Shown here piece by piece: positions 10,457 through 21,600 of a DNA stretch of 64,000 bases. Made by a program: the position numbers and the translations under genes. Below the pieces are notes generated by a model that saw only the letters and a list, made by a program, of their open reading frames with translations, searched no databases and was not told the DNA's origin. The DNA is from Azolla caroliniana. Taxonomy: Eukaryota > Plantae > Polypodiophyta. The DNA lies in assembly GCA_043228905.1 (NCBI GenBank), contig JBHGNT010000012.1:6448001-6512000 (forward strand), in the 5' to 3' direction. Every line of letters begins with the position of its first letter. The first letter of the stretch is position 1.

Positions 10457-11389
10457 GAATGCATAGAAATATGTAGTTTGAGTAGGTATATCACACCCAA
10501 TGTCAGTTAGTAGGATACTAATTTATATTTCACATAAAACCTACTTGGAAAAGTGTTTGTTTGGTGTTTGGATCCACAACCTTATGCCCTTGCCATGGCA
10601 TGTATGAGGTCAATTTGAGGCGCATGTGTCTGATCCATTCTGTCCCCACTCGTAGACATGTCGGCTGACGAACTTCTCCAATGTATTCTAATGAAGACCC
10701 TTTAACAAATCACGAGTCAACATACATGCATCAAACCCTAAACCAGTATTAGGGGAGATTGGTTCATGACATACCTCTCTTGAGTTGGATATATGTCACT
10801 ATTATCGAAATCCCACCAATCTGTGTACTTGGACTTGGAAACCATCTACCACCATTCAAGTAATCAAACATTTTCCGAATTTAATACTCAAACACACACA
10901 ATATTAAGATTAAGCAAGCAAATCATTAAACCATAAACCATTGCCATTCTAATACCAAACAAGTGTATCTAGGTTTTCTTGTGTGGATCAGACATGGTGA
11001 GCAATGATCTCCATGATTCAGTGATGGTACGGCCCATGTACCTTATGACCCTAAACCCTAAACCCTAATCCCTCACTTCCAAATCTCCCCATATGTTATA
11101 TCCTACTTATCATGTTGCAATAATTAAATGCCTGCTATATAGTCTATTCCTTCCTTTTTTGTAGTAAAACTCTAATCCCTCAACTATTCCTACCACATGT
11201 AAAAAAAAACAGAAAAAGTGATGTAATAGGGTTTAGTACATACCTGGGAATAGTGATGGAGGAGATTGATTGCCACGTATGTCGATTGCAGGCCGCCTGA
11301 CGATAGTTTTCTTTCCTGGCAAAAGAAACCTGTCAATCTCGTTTGAAAAAATGAGAGATAATGACAGGTTTGAGGCTTTTATAGTCGCT

Positions 11390-11738
11390 GGTTGGACGAC
11401 TTGCATCTTATATTGAGTTGGTTGGGTGACCAACTCAATATAAACCCTAAACCAGTTGGGCAACTTGCTTAAACCGGTCACCCAACCGTTTTAAAAATAA
11501 ACGGTTGGGCGACCTACGTCGATGATTAAGTTGGTTGGGTGACCATTTAAAAAATATATCTCGGCTGGGCAACTTCTAACAAGGTTGGGTGACCTCTACA
11601 CAACTTTATTTTTCGTGCCTTCTTCCTCATCAAAATTCGACGGTGCAGATCACACACGCCTTCTCTGAGCGACCTGCACCGTCTGTGACCGCGATCCCCT
11701 CACCAACCCTCTTTATGATTTGTGTCATAATAGACACG
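11390..11738 (-). repeat. Right subterminal GTTGGGYGAC repeats and TIR of the MULE
   Basis: Reverse complement of the left-end motifs. Confidence 0.85.
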
Positions 11739-11741
11739 CCA

Positions 11742-11787
<46 letters not shown>

Positions 11788-11979
11788 ATCGATGTGCATG
11801 TATCTATGTGTGTCTCGATATGTATGTATCTTTTTTTTTTTTTTTTTTTTTCCGGAAAAATATCCTTTCATTAGTTATGAACAACATTACAAAAAATTGA
11901 CCTACCATCAAGCTACCATTGATCTGGTGCATTCTTCCTTAGGTCCCATCCCTCAACACTCCACCACTCCTTAACCAAG

Positions 11980-14900
11980 TTATGTGATTGGTGGTGGGAA
12001 CAACCATACTGGTGGCGCTAAGCACCATTTAGGTCTTGAATTTTGTATTGTGAGAAAAGGGGTCTTCTTCCAATAGACAATAAATTCGAGACGTTGCAAC
12101 ACTGCAACATCTGTCTCACCTTTAATATCCTCATACTGTCCTTTCAAGGTATGTACCATCTCCATCCAGACATTCCGTGTACTTTCCACTGGATGAATAG
12201 TAGTATTACCAAACACCTTAGAACACCTAGCAGTCCAAATAAACCACATTGTGGTGGTGCATAGTAGCTCCCATACCTCTTGCATTGTCTTTAACATGTA
12301 AGGAGCCTCCATTTGACTTTGTTGCACCGCCATTATCCTTCCTCTTTGAATTCTAATAATCGTGTCATTTGGGCATGCATCATATGGCCACACCACTTGT
12401 GCCACTGTGGCCCATACTACCATACCCCACGAAAAACTGCAATCCCTAAACATAAAGGCAAGAACTCGGAACACTCGCCTCCAAACTTGCTGTGCAGCAT
12501 GACATTCCCACAAGCAATGTTTCAATGTCTCCATCTGACAACAACAATAGATGCATGCGGTCAGTGCAGCTGATTGTTGCAACCATTGGCCAATTGGCAA
12601 TGCTCTATGTATTACTAACCATTGGAAGACATTTATTTTCATATCTTGCTTCCTTTTCCATAATGTTCCCCAAAACTTTGTTAGGAATTCCGATGTGATC
12701 CCTTGGTGGTTCCAAAATTGACTAGCTCGTGGTGTAGTCCTACGTTGAGCTGCCAAAATGTGTCGTCCCATCTTAACTGAATACTGAAAAAAACCATACC
12801 TTTTTCCCATACGATCAAACGGATCTTTCCACCAAAATTCTCCCGGATCCCATTGCAACCTTATCAAAGGTTTCTTTTCAAAAACTCTCAGTTTCCAATG
12901 CTCCTTGACCGCCTCAACTTGTGGGTCGATGAGCCACTTAGATCCGTCATAAGCAAGGACCCTTATTTTAGAAAATGTAGCATATTGCAAGATCTCTGTT
13001 TGTATCGTTGCACTACTTATACTGCCATCTTCCTCCACCTCATAGTCTTGACATCGTCCGCAAGACAAATGTCCCCTTACCCCCACTAGCACTTGAAGCC
13101 TCGTAAATGCTCCTTCCCACTTGGGAGGGTTAAAGGACCATATCGTAACGTCAGAGTGCCCCAAAACTGACTGCACTTGGTCCCACATAATCAGCCCCCC
13201 TCTCAAGGAAGACAAGAATTCTGATCTGTCATTTACATTCAGAGTATGAAATGATTTCCATGCATCAACGGGCGCTCCTGGCCCTACATCGAGCTTGGCC
13301 CAATCCAATCGCGTTCGGGACCCCAACATGTGCCCTGATGGCAAACGCATATTCGGATTCCACACTAAGTTTTGTCTCAAGTATTCCTCCTCACATGTTG
13401 GTACACCATGTTCCAACCCTTTATGTACATGCTCCCATGCTCGTAGAAGACCATTAAAAAATTTGTCTTCCCAATTCCTAGACATAACATGTTTCTTGCC
13501 TGGTATAAAAATCCACCTTATGCTATCATCCCATAATCCACCCATCGACGGAGCACAACTATACAATCTTTGCATAAGTAATTGCTTCCAAGGAGCATGT
13601 CCTGGTAAAAGGCCACGAATTATTAGTTTTGCTAACAAGGCCATGCATTGGTCTAATGGATCTATAATCCCCAAACCACCGTATTGTTTTGGGGTTATCA
13701 ATGTACTCCAAGCCACCTTCGCTCTTACATGACTCTTATCTTCCCCAGCCCATATAAAATTCCTAACCAGCCTTCGAATTTGTCCAATGCACGATTTTGA
13801 AAAGATCCAAGATGAGGCTATATACCACACCGTAGATAGTAGCACATGGTTGGCAACTATCACTCTACCTGCCAAAGATAGTTTAGCATGACTCCACAAG
13901 AATAATTTTTTCCTCAAAGTTAATAGTAATGGTGCAGCATGTAATTCTGGAACCAAATCAATCCCAACCTGCACTCCAAGATATCGAACCGCAACTCCTC
14001 TTTGAGTCCATTGGAAAGTATGATGCGGTGCCCAACAAGGCGGCGGCTCCTTGCTTACCCAAAATGCAACAGTTTTCTCCCAATTTAACTTAGCTCCAGA
14101 CGCTATACAAAACTGTGACAAAGCCCCTTGTACTTGTTGCAAATTCGTTAGAGTCCCATCCACATATAATGCAGTGTCATCTGCAAATTCCGAGTCCAAT
14201 ATATCTTGTCCATGCATTGGCATTGCCAAACCACGCAAGCCTATAGATTGTGATGATATAAATGCATGCATTGCTTCCGCAAACAGAAGGAACAAAAATG
14301 GTGCAAGTGGACATCCTTGGCGAACTGATCGAGTAATGTTAAAACGAGGTCCTACTCCACCTGCCAACAACACCTGACTGTGTGCATTTCTATAAAGACA
14401 AGAAACACCTTTAATCCATGCCGTGTTGAAGCCCAAGTGATGCATAGTACCTTCCAAAAAATTCCAATCAACCCTATCATACGCTTTCTCAAAATCTAAA
14501 AGCAACACGGCTAGATTTTGTTTGTTTTTTACCGCTACTGCAGTAGCCTCCCAAAATGTAAAAACATTATCCATAATACTCCTTTCCCTCATAAAACCAG
14601 TTTGCGATACATGAATTATCTTTGGTAATACCTCTTGTAACCGAGAACTAAGCAACTTTGCAAATAGCTTATAACTAGTATTCAAGAGGGTGATTGGCCT
14701 CCACTTACGAATATCTTCTGAAACTCCTTCTGTTTTAGGTATAAGATAAATAAGCCCCTCAGATAACGACATGGGCATCTCTCCACTTTCAAACATATGT
14801 TGGTAAGCATCTTTTAAGTCTTTCTTCAGTATCCCCCAATATTTCTTGTAGAATTTAGGTGTAAGTCCATCCACTCCAGGACAACTATTGTCCGATAAAG

Positions 14901-16326
14901 AGTGTAGCGCTTGTTCCAACTCCAATTCTGTAATAGGTGACAACAATGAATCTTGCATTGCTTGAGTAACCTTGGGTTGAATTTCCGCCCAGACCTTCAT
15001 TCTATTTTGGCTTATCTCCTCAGAGATAGGCTCTTCTGACAAAAGGGTAGCGTAGAATTTCGTGGCAATTACCCGCACAACATTTGGATCCATTTCAAGT
15101 TCGCCATTTTCATTCCGCAAACAACAGGTTACATTAGAGACTCTTTTGGGGCCTTTAATATTAAAAAATTGTTTTGTACATCTATCCCCAATTTGCGTCC
15201 ATCTTGAAGCAGAGTTGTGATACCTAAATTGACTACGACATTCTTCCATATGTTGAACTTGTTTTCGGGCTTCTTCAAGATGTGAAGCTATCCACGCACA
15301 CTCTGGTCGACCCTGTTGCAATCTTTGCAAAGATATCAATCTTGCCCTCATCCTTCTTTCCTTCTCCAGATATTCCATATATTCAGATCTTGATTTTAAC
15401 GCAAAATATTGTGATATCTCCGTCAAAGCACAAGCCACTTTGATTGTAATGGGAGCATCCATATTATCTTTGTTCTGCCAAATATCTGTCACTTGATTAT
15501 ACCATCTATCATGTAACATTACTTTTTCGGGTATCCTAAATCGTATGGACTCCCTTTTCGATTGCCCAAAGGTTCTCAATATAACAGGAGCATGATCAGA
15601 GAAAGTTGTGCCTGGCATAATAGTGATATTTCCCCCATTTAAGACAAAGGCCTCCCCCACATAAAATCTATCCAATCTTGAAAGATTGGTTCCAGCTATT
15701 CTCCTATCCGAACGTGAGAAACTCAAGGAATTCTGAGATCTATAAACATTAGGCATATGCCATGCATCCAAAATACTCAATTTCAAACACATCCGTTCCC
15801 ATACTGCTAATTCCTCCCCATGAATTGTTGAAACACTCCCACCTTTCCTATCCTCTGGGTCCTCAAGCATATTAAAATCCCCTGCAACACACCAATGAGA
15901 CACATTTGGTAATGCATTTGTAATTTCACACCAAAAGTGTTTCCTAGCCGATGCATGATTTGGCGCGTAGATATTCAAGTAACCCCAAGTTGTATGTAAA
16001 TCTTGTAATACAATATATTGTGCTCTTCTTGGCACAATGATCTCTTTGCATATAATACTTGATTTCCAATGATGTGCAATTGCCATACACACCCCGCCTT
16101 GTGTACCACTAGTGCCAATAGCCGGGGACCAAAACATCTCCCAACTACCAGGTAATATAGTGCCATAGTTCCTTATTCTTTGCTCATTCAAATGATGTTC
16201 TTGAAACATCATAATGTCCAACGATCCATTCGTGAGACACTTTTGTAATTCCTGCCTTAACCTACCTCTATATCTTCGGTATAAGGGACCTCCCAAGCCC
16301 TGAACATTCCATGTGAGGAGCCTCAT
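11980..16326 (-). CDS. LINE ORF2: AP endonuclease + reverse transcriptase + zf-RVT zinc finger (1448 aa, uninterrupted)
   Basis: TWNVQG, QEHH, NIYAPN, GDFN, SRLDRFY, FSDHAPV; PGVDG, WRPITLLN, LDFEKAYDRV, RQGCPLAP, FADD, YLG; CIYC..ETLKHCLWEC. First ATG is at 16326. Confidence 0.95.
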   Translation of the reverse strand: MRLLTWNVQGLGGPLYRRYRGRLRQELQKCLTNGSLDIMMFQEHHLNEQRIRNYGTILPGSWEMFWSPAIGTSGTQGGVCMAIAHHWKSSIICKEIIVPRRAQYIVLQDLHTTWGYLNIYAPNHASARKHFWCEITNALPNVSHWCVAGDFNMLEDPEDRKGGSVSTIHGEELAVWERMCLKLSILDAWHMPNVYRSQNSLSFSRSDRRIAGTNLSRLDRFYVGEAFVLNGGNITIMPGTTFSDHAPVILRTFGQSKRESIRFRIPEKVMLHDRWYNQVTDIWQNKDNMDAPITIKVACALTEISQYFALKSRSEYMEYLEKERRMRARLISLQRLQQGRPECAWIASHLEEARKQVQHMEECRSQFRYHNSASRWTQIGDRCTKQFFNIKGPKRVSNVTCCLRNENGELEMDPNVVRVIATKFYATLLSEEPISEEISQNRMKVWAEIQPKVTQAMQDSLLSPITELELEQALHSLSDNSCPGVDGLTPKFYKKYWGILKKDLKDAYQHMFESGEMPMSLSEGLIYLIPKTEGVSEDIRKWRPITLLNTSYKLFAKLLSSRLQEVLPKIIHVSQTGFMRERSIMDNVFTFWEATAVAVKNKQNLAVLLLDFEKAYDRVDWNFLEGTMHHLGFNTAWIKGVSCLYRNAHSQVLLAGGVGPRFNITRSVRQGCPLAPFLFLLFAEAMHAFISSQSIGLRGLAMPMHGQDILDSEFADDTALYVDGTLTNLQQVQGALSQFCIASGAKLNWEKTVAFWVSKEPPPCWAPHHTFQWTQRGVAVRYLGVQVGIDLVPELHAAPLLLTLRKKLFLWSHAKLSLAGRVIVANHVLLSTVWYIASSWIFSKSCIGQIRRLVRNFIWAGEDKSHVRAKVAWSTLITPKQYGGLGIIDPLDQCMALLAKLIIRGLLPGHAPWKQLLMQRLYSCAPSMGGLWDDSIRWIFIPGKKHVMSRNWEDKFFNGLLRAWEHVHKGLEHGVPTCEEEYLRQNLVWNPNMRLPSGHMLGSRTRLDWAKLDVGPGAPVDAWKSFHTLNVNDRSEFLSSLRGGLIMWDQVQSVLGHSDVTIWSFNPPKWEGAFTRLQVLVGVRGHLSCGRCQDYEVEEDGSISSATIQTEILQYATFSKIRVLAYDGSKWLIDPQVEAVKEHWKLRVFEKKPLIRLQWDPGEFWWKDPFDRMGKRYGFFQYSVKMGRHILAAQRRTTPRASQFWNHQGITSEFLTKFWGTLWKRKQDMKINVFQWLVIHRALPIGQWLQQSAALTACIYCCCQMETLKHCLWECHAAQQVWRRVFRVLAFMFRDCSFSWGMVVWATVAQVVWPYDACPNDTIIRIQRGRIMAVQQSQMEAPYMLKTMQEVWELLCTTTMWFIWTARCSKVFGNTTIHPVESTRNVWMEMVHTLKGQYEDIKGETDVAVLQRLEFIVYWKKTPFLTIQNSRPKWCLAPPVWLFPPPIT

Positions 16327-17186
16327 CAACAATTGTTAGAGGCCGAACTGGACCCGATCCTACGAGTCTTAGAGGATGGTTCCACGGAGCTTACGCCACC
16401 CCCATCTCCCATAATCACCATTTGGCTTTTGAGTATGTCACAACCTTCTTTAATGAATCTCCAATGATGATGGGCCCGAGCCTTGGCTTGGCTTTCCGGC
16501 ACATCATCTTCATGAATATAAACATATCCAAAATCAAACAATATATCGGAAGGTACATCCAATACAACATGCTTGCGGTTCATTGCATCCAAATACGGAA
16601 CCACTAAACAACTTGCATTCTCTAACCCCCTCAATATTGTTTCCCCCAATTGAGGATTTTGCACGTATTTGGCAAAATACAAAACTTGTCCTCTCATGGC
16701 CAACATAACATTCGGTTGATTCCATATGTCATTTCTCTCATAACCACATAATGGAAAGGAATAACCGACCAATGAGTTTTCCACTTGTTTTTGTCTAAAT
16801 AAAACATGGACCCTTATTGCATTGGGTTCATGAACATCTTTAACACCCAAATGTTTTGTGAACTCATGCCCAAAGGGGGCTGCATAATCAAGTATGGAAA
16901 AGCCACCATTTCCGGTATCCTCCTTCAACATCCCACATGTTCTTATTGTGATCGCATTATCCAATTTTTGTGATTGTATTGTTCTTTTTGAACGAAATGT
17001 TTTTGCCTTGACACATCCATCATTTGGTTGGGTGGTACTAACAATTTTCCCCCTTATCTCAGTAGTGGATGTTGGTTGTTCTTGTGTATCAATTTCTATG
17101 TCCAATGCATTATACGCATTAGGGGTGAGACACGTCTCTTGCATAGGCACCGTACGTGTCTTGCATCCATGCTTAGCCTTTACCTC
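16326..17186 (-). CDS. LINE ORF1, C-terminal ~285 codons (5'-truncated)
   Basis: Frame is open up to the microsatellite junction; its TGA overlaps the ORF2 ATG (TGATG). Confidence 0.75.
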   Translation of the reverse strand, partial: EVKAKHGCKTRTVPMQETCLTPNAYNALDIEIDTQEQPTSTTEIRGKIVSTTQPNDGCVKAKTFRSKRTIQSQKLDNAITIRTCGMLKEDTGNGGFSILDYAAPFGHEFTKHLGVKDVHEPNAIRVHVLFRQKQVENSLVGYSFPLCGYERNDIWNQPNVMLAMRGQVLYFAKYVQNPQLGETILRGLENASCLVVPYLDAMNRKHVVLDVPSDILFDFGYVYIHEDDVPESQAKARAHHHWRFIKEGCDILKSQMVIMGDGGGVSSVEPSSKTRRIGSSSASNNC

Positions 17187-17499
17187 TATGTGTGCTATGT
17201 TATGTTATGTATGTATGTATGTGTATGTATGTATGTGTATGTATCTATGTGTGTCTCGATATGTATGTATCTATGTGTGCTATGTTATGTTATGTTATGT
17301 ATGTATGTATGTATGTATGTATGTATGTATGTATGTATGTATATATGTATGTGTGTGTGTGTTTGTATATGTATGTGTGTGTGTGTGTCCTTATATGTAT
17401 GTATCTATGTGTATGTAAATGAGTATGTATGTATGTGTATGTATGTACATTTGTTTGTAAGTATGTACATACATACGTACGTACATGTGTATGCATGTA

Positions 17500-17546
<47 letters not shown>

Positions 17547-17645
17547 TTGTATGTAAGCATGCATGGAATCTCTTTGGGCCATCAATCTACCCTGCCCCAC
17601 CCCACCCCACCCCACCCTGCGCGCACACACACACACACACACATG
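17187..17645. repeat. Compound (TATG)n/(TG)n/(CA)n microsatellite, right part
   Basis: Directly visible. Confidence 0.95.
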
Positions 17646-17924
17646 CCGCCTCTTGGCTTGAGTTCCGATGAGCAAAATGTTGCTGCCATTGACCTGCTCA
17701 GAGAAAAGCATTACCTCCTCACACATGGGTCCTAATTCTCAATGCAATGCTAGTGCTACCCTTGGCGGAACTCATGTTTGATTGATTACATGTGCCATGC
17801 ATTTGATCTTGTATGTATGTGTCGCCACGGCCACTTGGTCCCTACACCTGCATGTTGGCCTTGATGGTTCATCGGTGGCGGTGCCATCGGGGTAAGGAAG
17901 CTCAATAGAAGCATACCTTTTCTT

Positions 17925-18255
17925 TATAATGATGTCCATTCATTAGTATAAAGAAATTTACATAGATTGTGATTCTCAAGTGATTGTTGGAGGGACGACC
18001 ATTTTGGTGACTGAAAATGTCAAAAAAGGCTACCATCTTTCTAAGGACAAAAGTTGAGTATCTTTCCAAAGAAAAATAAACTGGAGGCATGGAGCAACTT
18101 TAGCATTTGAATCTCCAATAAGACAATCTCATCGTCCTTTTAAAGTTTGGATCATGTCCAACCAATTGTTATGTACCATTTAACTAGTGAGACCCTAACT
18201 TGATGGGAAATGAAAGAGCAACGAGCCTTCCAGATGTAGCATATGGTGGTACTAC
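17925..18255 (-). mobile_element. Short 5'-truncated 3' fragment of the second LINE family
   Basis: Co-linear with 25150-25480 (tccatt..ttagtataaag..gtgattctcaagtga..ctgaaaatg..aggacaaa..aaactggaggc). Confidence 0.75.
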
Positions 18256-18656
18256 TCGGTAATTCCCATCACGGATCAATAGAATCATAGTTGTCTTCAT
18301 TTGTACTTCTTCTTCACATCTATATAGCCTTATTGTAGTTTTTCTTACGATTATCAATGGTCAACTAACTCACTGTCCACTTTTAGAGCTAGATCCTTTC
18401 ACATTCCTCGTTAATATTTATTCCATGTGCCTTCTTCTTAGGTCCAATTATAACTCCGCTTGTTTCTGCAAAGTGTGTCCTTAGCTTCATCCTTCTGTAT
18501 TATAATGTACAACAAAATATTGACTTGGGGAGTGACATGTTGCTAGGTTTGGGACAAACATGTGGATTTTCTTTAGATGGCAATAGCCCAAAATTTCTAG
18601 CACTATTTTAAGAGCCCTCGAAGGAATAAAGGAGCTTGTCAACATTTGGAGAGATA

Positions 18657-21600
18657 TGTTGAAAAATGGGTTTTGACCACAATCGGGATTCAAGCACAAA
18701 TGAGAGAAAACAAAAAATCAGAAAAAGATTCACTTACATGGTGACATAGGGTATTAGCGTGGAAAACCCCAACCGGGTAAAAACCACGAAAGCCCACAGA
18801 CTCCGAACAGTTCACTATGAGAGGCAATACAATGAGACTCATAGGCAACAACCTCAAGCTCGTCTTCTTTGCCTATAGGAGGTTATAATAGAGATGCTCT
18901 GCTTCTCTCTCACACTCTCTCTCAACACAGTTACAACAATAATATGAACATAATCAAGTACTATATGATGTTTTGCCCTAGTTATATTTATACTGATATA
19001 ACTTTAGGGCTATTTACAAACATAGCCTCTCGAAGGCATATCATAACATATTTACAGATATGTCCTCTTTCAGATTCATCTCCAGATTCAGTCGGATACC
19101 TTTCGGATCCATCTCATTTGGACCTTGTCGGTCTTCATCCAGTTCTCTCCTCCAGACCAATCTGATCCAGTGTAGTGCTCTTCCCATCTGGAGTGATCGA
19201 GCTCCCAACAAACCCCCCCTTCACTCCGGCATGGGGTGCTTCGTCAGTCCAACCCGTCTCCGACACTCGTCCTTCTCTATCGATAGTACCTTCGTTAGCA
19301 TCTTTGATCCGTTCTCCTCCATGTAGATTTTCATTAGAGCAAAGTCCTTTTCTTCTACCTTCTCTCGGAGCTAGTGGTATCTCCTCTAAATGTGCTTGGT
19401 TCTCGAATGGTAGGTGGCATTCTTCGCAAGGTGGATGGCATTTTGATTGTCACAGTAGAGTCGGAATTCTTCTTGCCGAATTCCCAAATCTCCAATGAAC
19501 TCATTCATCCAAATTATTTCCTTGCCGGCTTCGGTTGCAACCATATACTCCGGGTCCGTGGTTGATAGTGCCATGGACTTCTATAGCCTCAACTACCACG
19601 ATATGGCTCCCCCTACGTAAGTCATGACATATTCGGACGTGAACCGGCTGGTATCCACATCAACCGACATGTCCGAATTAGTAAAGAATTCTAATAGGGG
19701 TTTACCTGAGCTGAATCGGAGGCACATGATCGAGGTGCCTTTCAAGTATCAGAGTATCCACTTGACCGTTGCCAGTGCTCTTTGCTAGGATTGCTCATGA
19801 ATCGGTTGATGACTCTGACTGCATATTCGATGTCCGGACTGGTACACACCATTGCATACACTAGGCTTCCGACCACTGAGGCATAGGGTTCCTTCGTCAT
19901 CTCAATTTTCTCCGACTTTGTCTTCCGGATAGCTTGATGTTGGTCGGAAGTGTCGAACTGACCGGTTTCGCGTTGTCCATACAAAATCTCTGGAGCACCT
20001 TTGTCATGTATTTTTCTTGTGACAACCACAACAACTTCTTTGTCCTGTCTCGGGCAATGTGCATTCCCAGGATTTGCTTTGCTAGACCCATGCCCTTCAT
20101 TGGGAATGACTTGCTCATGTCCTTCTTTAGCAATCTGATCTTCATATGGTCCTGTCCGACAATCAGCATGTCATCCACGTACAACAAGAGGATGAGGAAA
20201 TCTCCTTCGTCGAACTTATTCACAAACATGCAGTGGTCGGCCTACGTTTTGTGGTACCCTTGATCGGCCATGAAGGATTCAAACTTCCAGTACCACTACC
20301 GGGGAGACTACTTCAGTCCGTAAAGGCTCCTCAATCGGCATACCAGGTTCTCCTTCCCCTTCTTGATGAATCATTCGGGTTGCTACATGTAGATCTACTC
20401 TTCAAGATCACCATGCAGGAACGTCGTCTTGACATCCAACTATTCGACTTCAAGGCCCATGTTGGTCGCTATGCTGAACATTGTTCAAATAGATGTCATC
20501 TTGACTACCGGGGGAAAGATTTCGTTGAAATCTACACCTTTGGTCGAAATCTTTTGTTGAAAGCCTTTTATGACGATTCGGGCTTTGTATTTAGGTGGAT
20601 TCCCACTTTCAACTTGTATACCCACTTGTTCTGGAGTGCCTTCTTTCTTTCGCCAGTTCGGTCAATTCATATGTGTGGTTCTCATGCAAGGAATCCCTCT
20701 CGTCTTGCATGGCGCTCAACCAGTTTCGGTTGTATGCATCACTCTTAGGTTCCTCGAAGCTTTTTGGATCCCCCTCATGAGTTAGCAACACGTATTCTTT
20801 ATCCGGAAATCTCTGGGGGGCACATCTTTCTCTCAGAGGGTATCATCTTCCTCTATTTTCCTCAGTCGCCTCACTAGGACCTTCCTCTTCTCCTTTTACA
20901 GGTTCTCCATCTTGGTTGGAGTTGACTACTTCTTCTTCCTCGTCGGATCCGACTCCGACTCCCGATTGGTCTCCGAATGATCTGACTCCAACTTCTAGTC
21001 CAAATTCGGTCAGCTCTCCTTGTTCTTCAGTCGGCATTTGGCTCCCAACCCATTGGGAGGATGTATTCTTCTTATCCTTCTCCCAGTCGACGATTGTCTT
21101 CTCTTCCATAAAGATAATCTCTCGGCTCCGAATGACCTTTGTGTCGGCTAAGTTCCCTAGCTGATAGCCAAACTCCTCATCACTGTACCCCCATCAATAT
21201 GCATGGCCGAGTCTTCGGGTCCAGCTTTCCCCTCTGGTCCTTTGCAACATGCACGTTGTCATGAAGATTTTTGGCAATGGTGTGAAAATCGTGTGGAACA
21301 AACAAAATCGAGAAAGTGTAATGAGCACTCAAACATCTGTAAATAAAATAAGACTAAAGCTTAGTTTAAACCCTGCACCTCAATGATAAGAGACGAATTA
21401 ACGTACCACTAAAGCCACTACTAAGTGCTTTCGATTTTGTATATTTTCTTTTCATATTCAATATTTCGTAGCAAGCAAACATATAAAAACCGTGGGCACA
21501 AAACCATGGTTTTAGACTGTGGTTTCAACCCATGGTTTTAGCCCGTGGGTATAGCCCATGGTTTTTGCATGGAGAGACCTATAAAAGCCTATAGTGGGGC

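Larger units (their letters stand above)
3771..11740 (-). mobile_element. Mutator-like DNA transposon (MULE) with ~160-bp TIRs, transposase and Ulp1-protease remnants, plus two internal insertions
   Basis: 3775-3932 (cgtgtctattc..aaatcataaagaggg..gatctgcaccgtc..gaggtc) is an inverted repeat of 11584-11738. Subterminal GTCGCCCAAC/GTTGGGYGAC arrays lie at both ends. Candidate 9-bp TSD TATGTGTGT/AATGTGTGT (weak, inside a microsatellite). Confidence 0.85.
11831..17186 (-). mobile_element. L1/Tx1-type LINE, 5'-truncated within ORF1, intact ORF2, 21-nt poly(A)
   Basis: Poly-T at 11831-11851, short 3' UTR, ORF2 and ORF1 in tandem; both ends abut the (TATG)n microsatellite. Confidence 0.95.

Noticed and set aside
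11049-11068. CCCTAAACCCTAAACCCTAA telomere-like repeat
   Set aside because: Under three units inside the MULE; telo-box-like motifs are common and do not indicate a telomere or healing event
17645-17900. Possible captured gene fragment after the microsatellite
   Set aside because: No recognisable motif or sustained frame; cannot be supported
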